From assembly GCA_963663225.1 (NCBI GenBank), contig OY760142.1, positions 2,176,001 to 2,240,000 of the forward strand: 64,000 nt of DNA, in the 5' to 3' direction. The stretch's first letter is position 1, and every line of letters starts with the position of its first letter. The notes under the pieces are model-generated. The model was not told the origin of the DNA and searched no databases. It saw only the letters and a list, made by a program, of their open reading frames with translations. Positions 35,898 to 46,081 of the stretch are shown here, piece by piece. The translations under genes and the position numbers were made by a program. Origin of the DNA: Nitrospirota bacterium. GTDB taxonomy: Bacteria > Nitrospirota > UBA9217.

Positions 35898-36917
35898 ATG
35901 CCTAACCTTTGCAGATATTTTATTGCCGCCGCTATGCTGTTTTCCCTGACGGCCTGCCAGTCTCAATCGCGCGCGAATCTGCTGCGCCTGATTGATGAAA
36001 CACCGGCGAAGAAGCTCCAGTCGTATCATTTTGATCCGTCGTCACCGCTTCCGGCGCGGATAAAACCGGCCCCGGATTTCGTCGTAGCCTTCTGGAGCCA
36101 GACGGACAAGGCAACTGACTATGCTTCCTACACACCGACCGATGCCGAGAAGGGGATGATCGACGGTTACCTTTCCAAACTGCCGCGCCATTTCAAAGAC
36201 GTTCTGCAACAGCGGCTGGTAGCGGTCTATTTTATCGAAAACCTCCTCGGGAGCGGTGTCACCGATTATGTTCTGGACGACCGGGGGAACGTTTACGTCG
36301 TCATGCTGTTTAATCCGGCGGCACTCAGAACGGACCTCTCCACGTGGATGACTTTTCGCGAGAACTCCAGCTTTATCGCAGATGACCCTGCTGCGCAGAT
36401 AAAGATCAACTGCGGCACGCAATATACCGGTTTTCTATACTCGCTGGTCCACGAATCGACGCATGCCGTCGACTATGCTGAATTGTACACGCCGTATCCC
36501 GAAAAACAGATAAAAATCATAAAGCAGATCAAAAAAATCCGGACGCCTTTTACGGAAGACGTCTGGATCGACATGCACACTCCCCGGGCTTCTTACGATT
36601 TCAATGCCCGCAATAGTCTGTCGTTTTATGGGGCGGATGGTGGACCGAAAACCAGCATCAGAGATGCGCCTCAAAACTACAAACAGCTTTCAGAAACGCC
36701 GTTTGTTTCGCTTTACGGGAGCACGAGCTGGGCCGAGGATTTTGCAGACTTCGTGATGTTCTATCACCTGACGCAGGTGTTGAAGCAGCCGTACGAAATA
36801 CATGTAACGGAAAAATCGGGTCCCACCCGGATTTTTAGACCTATGGATTCTCCCTTGGTGCAAAAACGGTTTCCGATCGTTCAGAAGTTCTATGAGCGGA
36901 GAGCGGGCCTTAAGTGA
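35898..36917 (+). CDS. Hypothetical lipoprotein with zincin-like HExxH motif
   Basis: Lipobox LTAC; LVHESTHAVD; SLYGSTSWAEDFAD. Confidence 0.75.
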   Translation: MPNLCRYFIAAAMLFSLTACQSQSRANLLRLIDETPAKKLQSYHFDPSSPLPARIKPAPDFVVAFWSQTDKATDYASYTPTDAEKGMIDGYLSKLPRHFKDVLQQRLVAVYFIENLLGSGVTDYVLDDRGNVYVVMLFNPAALRTDLSTWMTFRENSSFIADDPAAQIKINCGTQYTGFLYSLVHESTHAVDYAELYTPYPEKQIKIIKQIKKIRTPFTEDVWIDMHTPRASYDFNARNSLSFYGADGGPKTSIRDAPQNYKQLSETPFVSLYGSTSWAEDFADFVMFYHLTQVLKQPYEIHVTEKSGPTRIFRPMDSPLVQKRFPIVQKFYERRAGLK

Positions 36918-36955
36918 ACGGAATCGCCACATGACAATGTGTTAAGGAGAGGAAA

Positions 36956-37741
36956 ATGATCTATCAGGACATCCAACGTATCCGCACCGAATCACCGCTG
37001 GTGCATAATATCACCAATTATGTGGTCATGAACAGCACGGCTAACGCACTGTTGGCCATCGGCGCGTCTCCTGTGATGGCCCATGCCATTGAGGAAGTCA
37101 CCGAGATGGTCAGCATTGCCCGGGCGCTGGTCATTAATATAGGGACCCTGAGTGCGCCATGGGTCGAGGCAATGATCAGAGCCGGACAGGAAGCCCGTGT
37201 GCGCAAGATTCCGATCATTTTGGATCCGGTCGGCTGCGGCGCCACGCAGTTCCGTACCGCCACCGCCCAAAGACTGATGCAGCAACTCCGCCCCACGATC
37301 ATCCGGGGCAATGCTTCAGAAATCCGATCTCTGCTTCGCGCGGACCGGGGAACCAGAGGAGTGGACAGCCAGCACTCGCCTGAGGAAGTCGCAGACGATG
37401 CCCGGGTTTTGTCCCGCTCCGCAGGATGTGTTGTGTCGATGAGCGGTCCGGTGGACATGATTGTTGAAGGTGATTCCATGATATTGGTCGAGAATGGACA
37501 TCCGATGATGGCGAAGGTCACCGGCATGGGCTGTACGGCCAGCGCCGTAACCGGAGCATTTGCAGCGATCAATCCTTCTCCGCTCAGGGCTGCTGCGCAT
37601 GCCATGGCGGTCATGGGCATTGCCGGAGAAATGGCTGCTGAGCGCTCCACCGGACCGGGAAGTTTTCAGGTAAATTTTCTGGATATTTTGCACTGCATTC
37701 AGGAAACCGATATCGCGCAGCGGCTTAAAATGAAGGATTAA
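36956..37741 (+). CDS. thiM: Hydroxyethylthiazole kinase
   Basis: PLVHNITNYVV, GASPVMAH, INIGTL, DPVG, RGNASEI, VTGMGC. Confidence 0.95.
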   Translation: MIYQDIQRIRTESPLVHNITNYVVMNSTANALLAIGASPVMAHAIEEVTEMVSIARALVINIGTLSAPWVEAMIRAGQEARVRKIPIILDPVGCGATQFRTATAQRLMQQLRPTIIRGNASEIRSLLRADRGTRGVDSQHSPEEVADDARVLSRSAGCVVSMSGPVDMIVEGDSMILVENGHPMMAKVTGMGCTASAVTGAFAAINPSPLRAAAHAMAVMGIAGEMAAERSTGPGSFQVNFLDILHCIQETDIAQRLKMKD

Positions 37742-37753
37742 TACGGCAAAAAA

Positions 37754-38395
37754 ATGAACGATCTTGACATCCAGACAGCTTACTGGGATCGCGTTGCCGC
37801 ATCCAAAACATTTACCCACCCCATCCCGCTTTCAATATTGCATGATCTTTTACCGTCCTCGGCCAAAATACTAGATTATGGATGCGGCTATGGACGAACA
37901 TGCTCCGAATTATCCGACGCTGGATACCGCAACGTAGTTGGAATTGATATTTCCGGAGAAATGGTAAGGCGCGGCCAGCGTCTGTTCAAAAGCCTGGATC
38001 TCCGCACGTTCGACGGAATATCCACCGGATTCGATGATAATTCGTTTGACGCCTGCCTTTTAATGGCTGTCCTGACCTGCATACCGTCGGACAGGGGGCA
38101 GGAGCGCGCTATCGAGGAAATATGCAGATTGTTAAGGCCCGGCGGCATTCTGTTTGTCAGCGACTATCCTTTGCAGACTGATGCGAGAAACCTGAAGCGA
38201 TATCAGGAATTCGAAAAAGAGTTCGGCGGATTCGGCGTGTTTCGCACTGAGGATGCCGTGGTCCGGCATCATGACATGAAGCATATGCAAAGGTTATTGT
38301 TGTACTTTGACGTTTTATGGCAGGAGAATATAAGAGTCAGCACCATGAACGGCAATGAATCGGACGCGTTCCAGATCATAGCTCGAAAGAGCTAG
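37754..38395 (+). CDS. Class I SAM-dependent methyltransferase
   Basis: ILDYGCGYGR, GIDIS, RLLRPGG. Confidence 0.9.
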   Translation: MNDLDIQTAYWDRVAASKTFTHPIPLSILHDLLPSSAKILDYGCGYGRTCSELSDAGYRNVVGIDISGEMVRRGQRLFKSLDLRTFDGISTGFDDNSFDACLLMAVLTCIPSDRGQERAIEEICRLLRPGGILFVSDYPLQTDARNLKRYQEFEKEFGGFGVFRTEDAVVRHHDMKHMQRLLLYFDVLWQENIRVSTMNGNESDAFQIIARKS

Positions 38396-38458
38396 AATAC
38401 GACAATGCTCCAACTTCGCTCTTAAATAGACAGCCTTATGACGCGCTGTGAGTGGCTG

Positions 38459-38532
38459 TTATTTGCTGTCGGTATTATTGTTCGCCTTCATCCCTTCCTC
38501 GAGCGTTTTGAGAAATATTGCGCGGGCCGGTT
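38459..38532 (-). pseudogene. Orphan 3'-end fragment of the hydrolase gene at 44362-45714 (left direct repeat)
   Basis: 38463-38532 matches 44369-44438 at 67/70 nt; encodes PARAIFLKTLEEGMKANNNTDSK* with its own TAA. Confidence 0.88.
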
Positions 38533-38858
38533 TAACGCCGATAAAAAGACCGTGCGGCACAGAGAGCTATTTCCCCTGGATTGTCAAAAAGCCTTTGAGC
38601 TGAGGGCACGGCTCGTACGGGGTGGGAATGAAGGAGGAAGCCCCCCAGTCAGATTCATGATGCCGGCTGAGCAGCATTTCCAGTGGACGCCCGGCGGCCA
38701 TCGCGTGTATAGGAGAAGTGGAACATTGCTTGCAAGGGTTTTAATGGTTCAATTATTTGAAATCACGCTGCCTCGCTTGCAACGTTGCTGGACGATGAAT
38801 GTAAGATTGAATAAGTCTATTCTCAGGAAGCTGTTCCTCTATAGAAAAAGGTAAAAAT

Positions 38859-40724
38859 ATGAAGCCAATTTTGATAATAGTCCCGCACGAAAAGATAGAA
38901 TGTGTTGCAAAAACGGTATCGGCACATTATGACGATGTTGACGTCGAATTCGGTCTTCTAAAGGATTCAATCGAAATAGTCAAACGTGCAGAGATCGAAG
39001 GTGTTGAAGCCATAATATCAAGGGGCGGGACTGCAAAGATGATTATAGAGAACTTTCCGAACATGCCCGTTGTGGAGATGCCGGTTTCGCCATATGATAT
39101 GATTTCTGCCATCTATAATGCAAAACGGTACGGAAGAGATGTGTATGTGCTCGGTTTTGACAATATTATACGCGGAGTCGAAAACCTTGAATCGATTTTG
39201 GATATAAATATTCATTCGTATCTAATACAAAGTGAGGAAGATGGGGAAGCCTATATCAGCAGTATAATCGGATCGGGAGCCCGCATTGATGCTCTTCTCG
39301 GCGGTACGGCTGCCGAAAAGATTGCGCGAAAACACAGTATTAATACTGTGTTCCTGGAAACGAGTGCAGGTGCAATCGAATGCGGAATAAAAGAAGCCAG
39401 AAAAATGATCGAAATTGCCCGCAAGGAAAAACAAAAAACCGAGCAGGCCAAATCGATTCTGCATTATATAACCCAGGGCGTGATTTCTGTTGATAGCAGC
39501 AGCAGAATAGTGACATTCAACAACTCTGCCGAAAAGATGACGGGGCTTTCCTGTGAAGAGGCGATCGGAAAATCGATTAAGGACGTCATGCCCGAAATTG
39601 ACCTGTCAGGCGTGATGGCAAGCAATGTTCCCGAGCTCGGCCAGTTGCATCGTATCGGGAGGATGCAGGTTATGGTCAACAAAGGTCCAGTTATGATCAA
39701 GGGTAATACAGGCGGCGCAGTTGCTACATTTGAAGACGTTACGATAATACAGGAGTATGAACGGCAGATACGGGCAAAGCTCCTGAACAAAGGACATATC
39801 GCCAAATACAGTTTAAACGATATTCTAGGGGAGAGCGACGCTATTGTAAAAATGAAAGAGAAAGCAAAAAGATATGCCGCGATGGACAGCACCATATTAA
39901 TTGAGGGTAAGAGCGGCACCGGAAAAGAGATGTTTGCGCAGGGGGTTCATCTGGCCAGCAGCAGGCGGAAAGGGCCTTTCGTTGCGGTAAACTGCTCGAC
40001 AATTCCGCGTGATCTGATCGAAAGTGAACTTTTTGGATACGAGGAAGGAGCCTTCACCGGCGCGAGAAAGGTCGGCAAACAGGGGCTGTTTGTCGAAGCC
40101 CATTGCGGTACCATATTTCTTGATGAGATTGGAGAGGTTCCCCTGGAGCTTCAAAGCCGTCTTTTACGGGTCTTGCAGGAGAAAGAGATCCGTCCCTTGG
40201 GATCGAATAAAATAATACCTGTCGATGTCAGGATCATAGCTGCGACTAACAGAAATCTTCTTAAGGAAGTCAGGGACAATCGGTTCAGGGTCGATCTGTA
40301 TTACCGGCTCAATATCCTCAATCTGATGATTCCGACCCTCAATGAGAGGGGTGATGATATAAAATTACTAAGTCGCCATTTGCTGAAAAAAAAATCTACA
40401 AGATATAATAAGACCTTAACTGTAACAGATGATGCACTCAACAGACTGTATGACTATCACTGGCCGGGAAATATCCGCGAACTTGAAAATATCATAGAAA
40501 GGCTTATCGCAATGAATGATAGTTCGATATCATCTGCCGACGTTGATGAGCTGATCTGCGAGAATCTCCAAAATAGCGACGAAGCAGATGCCGAATCAAT
40601 GGAGGCTGTGAAAAAGAAGCATATTCTGCAAATTCTTTCTGAATGCAAGGGCAACCAGACACTGGCAGCAAAAAAACTAGGCATCAGCCGAACACACCTG
40701 TGGCGCATACTTCAAGACAGATAA
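38859..40724 (+). CDS. Second PrpR-like sigma54-dependent activator
   Basis: IISRGGTA, PAS, GKSGTGKE, ESELFGYEEGAFTGA, WPGNIREL, HTH. Confidence 0.92.
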   Translation: MKPILIIVPHEKIECVAKTVSAHYDDVDVEFGLLKDSIEIVKRAEIEGVEAIISRGGTAKMIIENFPNMPVVEMPVSPYDMISAIYNAKRYGRDVYVLGFDNIIRGVENLESILDINIHSYLIQSEEDGEAYISSIIGSGARIDALLGGTAAEKIARKHSINTVFLETSAGAIECGIKEARKMIEIARKEKQKTEQAKSILHYITQGVISVDSSSRIVTFNNSAEKMTGLSCEEAIGKSIKDVMPEIDLSGVMASNVPELGQLHRIGRMQVMVNKGPVMIKGNTGGAVATFEDVTIIQEYERQIRAKLLNKGHIAKYSLNDILGESDAIVKMKEKAKRYAAMDSTILIEGKSGTGKEMFAQGVHLASSRRKGPFVAVNCSTIPRDLIESELFGYEEGAFTGARKVGKQGLFVEAHCGTIFLDEIGEVPLELQSRLLRVLQEKEIRPLGSNKIIPVDVRIIAATNRNLLKEVRDNRFRVDLYYRLNILNLMIPTLNERGDDIKLLSRHLLKKKSTRYNKTLTVTDDALNRLYDYHWPGNIRELENIIERLIAMNDSSISSADVDELICENLQNSDEADAESMEAVKKKHILQILSECKGNQTLAAKKLGISRTHLWRILQDR

Positions 40725-40737
40725 AATTGAGTGCGGG

Positions 40738-40775
40738 TGTTACATTATGTAATATGGCTGATAATTTTTGTAACA
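40738..40775. promoter_or_regulatory. Tandem candidate UAS sites for the activator
   Basis: TGTTACATTATGTAATA (40738) and TGATAATTTTTGTAACA (40759), 21 bp apart, about 200 bp upstream of the sigma54 promoter. Confidence 0.55.
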
Positions 40776-40944
40776 CTGTTGTTCCTGTACTATGATCTTC
40801 GGCAAATACTCTATTCTGATATATTGTAATTCCGGCAGGTTAATTGCGTAGAATATGTTTCTCAGGCAGTTAATATTGCCGAACCTTTCCCTGTTCACCG
40901 TATAAAATCATACATTATTTCATATCTAATCTCTTCTACAGTTC

Positions 40945-40960
40945 TGGCACGGATGTTGCG
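40945..40960 (+). promoter_or_regulatory. Sigma54 -24/-12 promoter
   Basis: TGGCAC-GGATG-TTGCG, near-perfect consensus. Confidence 0.85.
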
Positions 40961-41036
40961 ATTCCCTTACCTGAAATTTAAACAGCCGGTACGAAAGGAC
41001 AGGTTTTAGCGGACCTGTCCGAGGAGAGAAGGGTTT

Positions 41037-42290
41037 ATGCACGCTCTAGAAAAAATCCTTGCGCGCGCTGCGGGCATGAATTGGGTCGCAACCGGAGAAA
41101 TAATAAATTGCAGTATTGATCTTGCGGGGATCAACGATCTTTATCTTCAGACAATAAAGTCTTTTTTTGAGGTTGGAGGTAAGAATGTATCATATCCCGA
41201 AAAAATAGTGATGTTTCTTGATCACTATGCCCCCCCTTCAACGATCATGCAGGCGGATAATCAAAAACAGTTCAGAGAATTCTGCTGGGACCAGGGCATA
41301 ACACATCTGATGGATATCGACCAGGGTGTCTGTCATCAGGTGCTTGCCGACAAGGGGATGTCGTATCCGGGAGAGATCATTGTTGTAACAGATTCCCACA
41401 CGACCACACACGGAGCTTTCGGCGCGTTCGGAACCGGGGTGGGCGCCACCGATCTAGCGATAATTATGGCAACGGGAAAGCTGTGGTTCCGTGTTCCGGA
41501 GATAATCAGAATAGATCTGACTGGCGAACTTTCCAAAGGAGTCTTCGCAAAAGATATTATTCTCCACATAATCGGGGATCTTGGCGCAGATTATGGTGTA
41601 TACAAGGCGATTGAGTTTACAGGCCCATTGCTCAAGAAATTGAGTGTATCGGAGCGCATGGTCCTGTGCAATATGACGATCGAAATGGGCGCCAAAACCA
41701 GTTATATTCAGCCTGATGAAATTACCCTGGATTTTTTGAGAGACAAAGTTAAGAAAAGTTACGAAATACCAACCACGGATCCGGATTATCGATACGCTGT
41801 CGAGTTCAATTACGATGTTACGCGACTTAAACCGCAGGTTGCAGCACCGCACAGCGTCGATAACGTATCGGACCTGGCAGAACACCTTGGAACCCCTATC
41901 AATCAGGCATTTCTCGGAACTTGCACAGGCGGTCGAGTGGAAGATCTCGCTATCGCTGCGCGTATACTGTACGGAAAGAAGATAAATCCCCGGACCCGTC
42001 TTATTGTCGTTCCTGCATCAAAAAAGGTTTTTATGGACGCGATCGAAAAAGGCTATATCCAGACGCTCATCGAATCCGGAGCTACTTTTGTAACGCCAGG
42101 ATGCGCCGCGTGTCTTGGCACACATCAGGGGATGATTGCATCAGGAGAGAAGTGCATCACGTCATCAAGCAGAAATTTCCCGGGACGTATGGGACACAAC
42201 AAGGGTGAAATATTTTTAGCTTCACCTGCCGCAGTAGCAGCTTCGGCTCTTGAAGGCCGAATAGCAGATCCGTCACGTTATATGGATTAA
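41037..42290 (+). CDS. Aconitase-family hydratase large subunit (LeuC/HacA/DmdA-like)
   Basis: DH, GVCHQV, DSHTTTHGA, GTCTGGR, PGCAACLG, RNFPGRMG, LASPA. Confidence 0.92.
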   Translation: MHALEKILARAAGMNWVATGEIINCSIDLAGINDLYLQTIKSFFEVGGKNVSYPEKIVMFLDHYAPPSTIMQADNQKQFREFCWDQGITHLMDIDQGVCHQVLADKGMSYPGEIIVVTDSHTTTHGAFGAFGTGVGATDLAIIMATGKLWFRVPEIIRIDLTGELSKGVFAKDIILHIIGDLGADYGVYKAIEFTGPLLKKLSVSERMVLCNMTIEMGAKTSYIQPDEITLDFLRDKVKKSYEIPTTDPDYRYAVEFNYDVTRLKPQVAAPHSVDNVSDLAEHLGTPINQAFLGTCTGGRVEDLAIAARILYGKKINPRTRLIVVPASKKVFMDAIEKGYIQTLIESGATFVTPGCAACLGTHQGMIASGEKCITSSSRNFPGRMGHNKGEIFLASPAAVAASALEGRIADPSRYMD

Positions 42291-42302
42291 GGAAAATCAA
42301 AT

Positions 42303-42812
42303 ATGAATACTATTGTCAAGGGAAGAGCTTTCGTATTCGGAGATAATATTTCGACCGATGAAATATATCCCGGTCAGTTTCTTGATCTTACAGATCCGCA
42401 GGACGTAGGTAAGCATGCGATGCAAGGATCTGATCCGAATTTTGTGAGCCAGTTTAAAACCGGAGATGTAATTGTGGCGGCAAGCAATTTCGGTTGCGGA
42501 TCAAGCCGCGAGCACGCTGTCGTGACACTGAAGGCTATCGGTGTCGGGGTAGTTATAGCGGAATCATTCGGGCGCATATTCTATCGAAATGCGATAAACC
42601 TCGGAATACCGTTAATCGTATGTCTTGGGATCAGTCAGGCTGTCAGAAACGGAGACGTGATAAGCGTAGATATAGCAAAAGGGGTTATCAAGAATGAAAC
42701 CACTCATTCTTCTGCCAAGGCTGAACCGCTCTCGGCCTATGTTATGGAAATATTGTCTCATGACGGAATAAAACCCATGGTCAAAAAACAGATGGAATCT
42801 GCTTCGGAATAA
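42303..42812 (+). CDS. Aconitase-family hydratase small subunit (LeuD/HacB-like)
   Basis: GDNISTDEIYPG, NFGCGSSREHA, SFGRIFYRNAINLG. Confidence 0.92.
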   Translation: MNTIVKGRAFVFGDNISTDEIYPGQFLDLTDPQDVGKHAMQGSDPNFVSQFKTGDVIVAASNFGCGSSREHAVVTLKAIGVGVVIAESFGRIFYRNAINLGIPLIVCLGISQAVRNGDVISVDIAKGVIKNETTHSSAKAEPLSAYVMEILSHDGIKPMVKKQMESASE

Positions 42813-42858
42813 AACCTTCGAGAATGAGGCTTCATAAACCAATAAAAAGGGGGAGTTC

Positions 42859-44193
42859 ATGGGGAATGGCGAGATTATTCTTAACAAAGCAAAATCCGGG
42901 TTCTTTCTGAAAATCACGGATTACAAGATCGGATTGATACCGATACCGCTGTTCATAATACTGGCTGTGATTGCAATTACTGCAGCGTATACGAAGAAAC
43001 TGCCGAGCGATCTGGTCGGCGGCTTTGCTATTACGCTGGTAATAGGAGGATTATTGTGGGATATCGGAACACGTGTTCCGATATTGCGAAACATCGGCGG
43101 CCCTGCAATCATGTGCGTTTTTGTACCCTCGGCCCTGGTCGGATACAACTTGCTGAATGATGATGTTGTAAGAGCTACGACGACGCTTATAAAAGGCACA
43201 AACTTCCTGTATCTCTATATTGCAATAGTTGTCGTAGGCAGCATACTTGGTATGAATAGGAAGGTCCTGATCCAGGGATTTTCAAGAATGTTCATACCGC
43301 TCCTGGTTGGGACAATTGCGGCTATAACAGTAGGTTGTCTCGTTGGACTGGTTTTCGGTTATGAATTGAAAAAAACATTTTTCTTTATTGTCATTCCGAT
43401 TATTGGAGGAGGTGTCGGTGAAGGCGTTCTTCCCTTGTCGATAGCGTATTCCGAGCTTCTCGGAAAGCCTCAAGCAGAGTTTATCTCTCAGTTGATCCCA
43501 GCTGCCATGCTTGGCAATGTATGTGCAGTGGTCGGTGCCGGATTGCTGAAGTGGATCGGTGAGAAAAAACCTGAGTATAATGGCAAGGGAATCCTCGTAA
43601 AGACCGGTGCAGATAGCGAATTGCTGGCTGAAGAGAAAAAAATGTCGGAAAAACCGGTTGAATTCGCACTTATGGGGGTCGGTATTCTGATCGCATGTGT
43701 TTTTTTTATTTTTGGAGGACTTACGACGAAACTGTTTTTCGGAATTCCCGGACCGATTATCATGATTCTTGTTGCGGCACTTGTAAAAATCCTTGATATT
43801 ATGCCTCCAAGAATGGAACAGGGCGCATATCATGTATACAAATTTTTTACCTCAAGTTTTACTTTTATAATACTTGCAGGGCTCGGAGTAATTTATGTAT
43901 CGTGGAACGACCTGCTAAAAGCGCTTACTCCAGGGTATTTATTGATATGTCTGTCGACAGTGACGGCTATGATGACTTCAGGCTGGTTTGTCGGTAAAAT
44001 CATGAAGATGTATCCTGTCGAGTCATCGATAGTCACAGGATGTCATAGCGGACTGGGAGGCACTGGTGATGTTGCAATACTTTCTGCGGCTGACAGAATG
44101 GGCCTTATGCCATTTGCGCAGATATCAACACGCATAGGGGGTGCCTGCATGGTTGTTCTTGCGGTGTTCCTCATGAAGATATTAGGCGGTTGA
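42859..44193 (+). CDS. 2-hydroxycarboxylate transporter (CitS/MaeN/CimH family)
   Basis: GSILGMNRKVLI, PIIGGGVGEG..PLS, CHSGLGGTGDVAILSAADRM.LMPFAQISTRIGGA. Confidence 0.93.
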   Translation: MGNGEIILNKAKSGFFLKITDYKIGLIPIPLFIILAVIAITAAYTKKLPSDLVGGFAITLVIGGLLWDIGTRVPILRNIGGPAIMCVFVPSALVGYNLLNDDVVRATTTLIKGTNFLYLYIAIVVVGSILGMNRKVLIQGFSRMFIPLLVGTIAAITVGCLVGLVFGYELKKTFFFIVIPIIGGGVGEGVLPLSIAYSELLGKPQAEFISQLIPAAMLGNVCAVVGAGLLKWIGEKKPEYNGKGILVKTGADSELLAEEKKMSEKPVEFALMGVGILIACVFFIFGGLTTKLFFGIPGPIIMILVAALVKILDIMPPRMEQGAYHVYKFFTSSFTFIILAGLGVIYVSWNDLLKALTPGYLLICLSTVTAMMTSGWFVGKIMKMYPVESSIVTGCHSGLGGTGDVAILSAADRMGLMPFAQISTRIGGACMVVLAVFLMKILGG

Positions 44194-44361
44194 TGCCTCC
44201 CCAGTTCCTGGACGCACTTGAAATCTTTTACGGTTTCAGGTGCGTCTTTCACTATAAGATTCTGCATCCACATTATTTATAAGCAGCCGCTTTGTATGCT
44301 GAATCAGATCCGTACCCAAAAAATCACGACGCCAGAAATCACAACCTAAGCGCCGTGGAAC

Positions 44362-45714
44362 TCACTGCTTGCTGTCGGCATTATTGTTCGCCTTCATCCC
44401 TTCCTCGAGCGTCTTGAGAAATATTGCGCGGGCTGGTTCGCTGTTCAGGATTCCCATATGGGTTTCATTGAAACCGACCACCCGCGTAGCGCTGGTCTGG
44501 AACCCCAACTCAAGCTGAGAACGAATGCTGACAGCGCCGTCGCTGTTTTCAGGTTGTTTGACGGTTGACGGGGTCTTGTACGAGAAAAAAAGATAGAAGG
44601 GCAGTTGGCCGGGAAGCGGCTTGCCGGTTAATGCCTGAACGAAATCGCTCTGGGACCGGACATCGAGCCACACCGGTATTTTGGCCGGCGCCTTTCCAGC
44701 CCATTCCTGCGCGATATCGCTGCCGCCGTACGGGGTGGAAAAAGAGCAGAACATTTTGAGGTACGAAGGAACGCCGTTTTGGGCAAGCTTGTTGATTGCG
44801 GACACTGCGACAAGCCCTCCCATACTGTGGGCCACCAGTATGATCTTCCGCGGGTGTCTGATGGAATTGTTGCTTCCGATATAATTCAATGTTTCTGCGA
44901 GCAGAGTGCCCAGCTTGTCAAGCTGGAGGCCGGAGGGATAGTAGAAGAAAAAAGGTTGATACCGGCTGCGATCAAGTCCCGCTGCTAAAAATTTCCAGTC
45001 CCGCGGCGTACCGGCCACGCCGTGGACAAACAGAACAGTAGTTTTGCGCGGATCATACTCTTCAAGTCCGAAAACAAATCCCTGGATATGGTAAATCAAT
45101 TCCGTTGGATAATAGAGGCCTGTTTTGCCGTGACTAGGGTCGAAGAAATCATCATCCAGCGATGTATACACGTAGCTTGACGGCTTGACCATCTCCCGTA
45201 CATGAAAACCTGCCCGGCCCGGATGTTCCATGTCCAGCGTGATTGAAGGCCCTTCGAGCACTGCCCCGGAGATGGATTGCGCAGGATCAACATGAACGGA
45301 GGCCCTGCCCACAACCTCCTCCGTCTCGAAATCCAGGCTCTTGTTCAAATCCGCAAGAATATAAAGATCATAGTTCCCCTTGGGAAGAAAAACCATGTAG
45401 AGCTCGTTCGATTGCTGAATTTGTATTGCAGCAACAATTTCGTTTTTCCGGTATTGATTGCTGACGGCAAGAAGCAGCAGCGGTTCTTGACGGTTACGGG
45501 GTTTGATGATCTGTCCAGCCACAACCAGCGAATCTTCTGGCGCAAGATTGTTCAGGGTAGACATACTCGGCATTCCTTTGAAGGTGATTCCCCAATGAGC
45601 TTTTCTCGCGGCAAAGTTCATATAGCTGCAACCGGAGAGGAAACAGATGCCGACAACCAGAGCAGCAGATATCAGAAAACGAATAAAGATCAGTCGGGAG
45701 TGTTTGGTATTCAT
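44362..45714 (-). CDS. Alpha/beta-hydrolase lipoprotein
   Basis: GGAGG RBS before ATG 45714; lipobox LSGC; VLFVHG, AHSMGG nucleophile elbow, STPYGG, SDGAV, ETH. Confidence 0.85.
   Translation of the reverse strand: MNTKHSRLIFIRFLISAALVVGICFLSGCSYMNFAARKAHWGITFKGMPSMSTLNNLAPEDSLVVAGQIIKPRNRQEPLLLLAVSNQYRKNEIVAAIQIQQSNELYMVFLPKGNYDLYILADLNKSLDFETEEVVGRASVHVDPAQSISGAVLEGPSITLDMEHPGRAGFHVREMVKPSSYVYTSLDDDFFDPSHGKTGLYYPTELIYHIQGFVFGLEEYDPRKTTVLFVHGVAGTPRDWKFLAAGLDRSRYQPFFFYYPSGLQLDKLGTLLAETLNYIGSNNSIRHPRKIILVAHSMGGLVAVSAINKLAQNGVPSYLKMFCSFSTPYGGSDIAQEWAGKAPAKIPVWLDVRSQSDFVQALTGKPLPGQLPFYLFFSYKTPSTVKQPENSDGAVSIRSQLELGFQTSATRVVGFNETHMGILNSEPARAIFLKTLEEGMKANNNADSKQ
44369..44438. repeat. Right copy of the 70-bp direct repeat (within the hydrolase 3' end)
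   Basis: 67/70 identity to 38463-38532. Confidence 0.9.
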
Positions 45715-46081
45715 TAGGCGGCAACCTCCGATAAACAGGTTGAAGAAAGCCGAAAACAAATGATTCTCTTCATGAGCAGATTAACGCATGATTTACGCTA
45801 TATGATGCGCTAACAAAATACTATATGATCAAGTAAGTCCTCTCGTCAAGGTCATTTTCAGGTAAAAAAATATCAGATGTTAATAATCTTTAATGGCAAA
45901 AGAATGCCGTAGCCTGTTTGAATGTTACAAAATGCATTAATTTGTACATACTTAAATTCGTTTTTGTATAGGTTTTGCTTGCAAATATTTTTTTGAAATG
46001 CTAAAATTTAATGGTTTTTGGTCATGCCACCATAATTTAGAATACAGATTCTGTAAATCCGAAATTTAAGGAGGGGAGTCA

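Noticed and set aside
38438-38854. 138-aa ORF on the + strand
   Set aside because: It begins antisense to the duplicated hydrolase tail, has no RBS or recognisable motif, and spans the cassette junction.
41037-42812. Naming these genes leuC/leuD
   Set aside because: No other leu genes nearby; sigma54 control and a carboxylate transporter point to a catabolic paralog.
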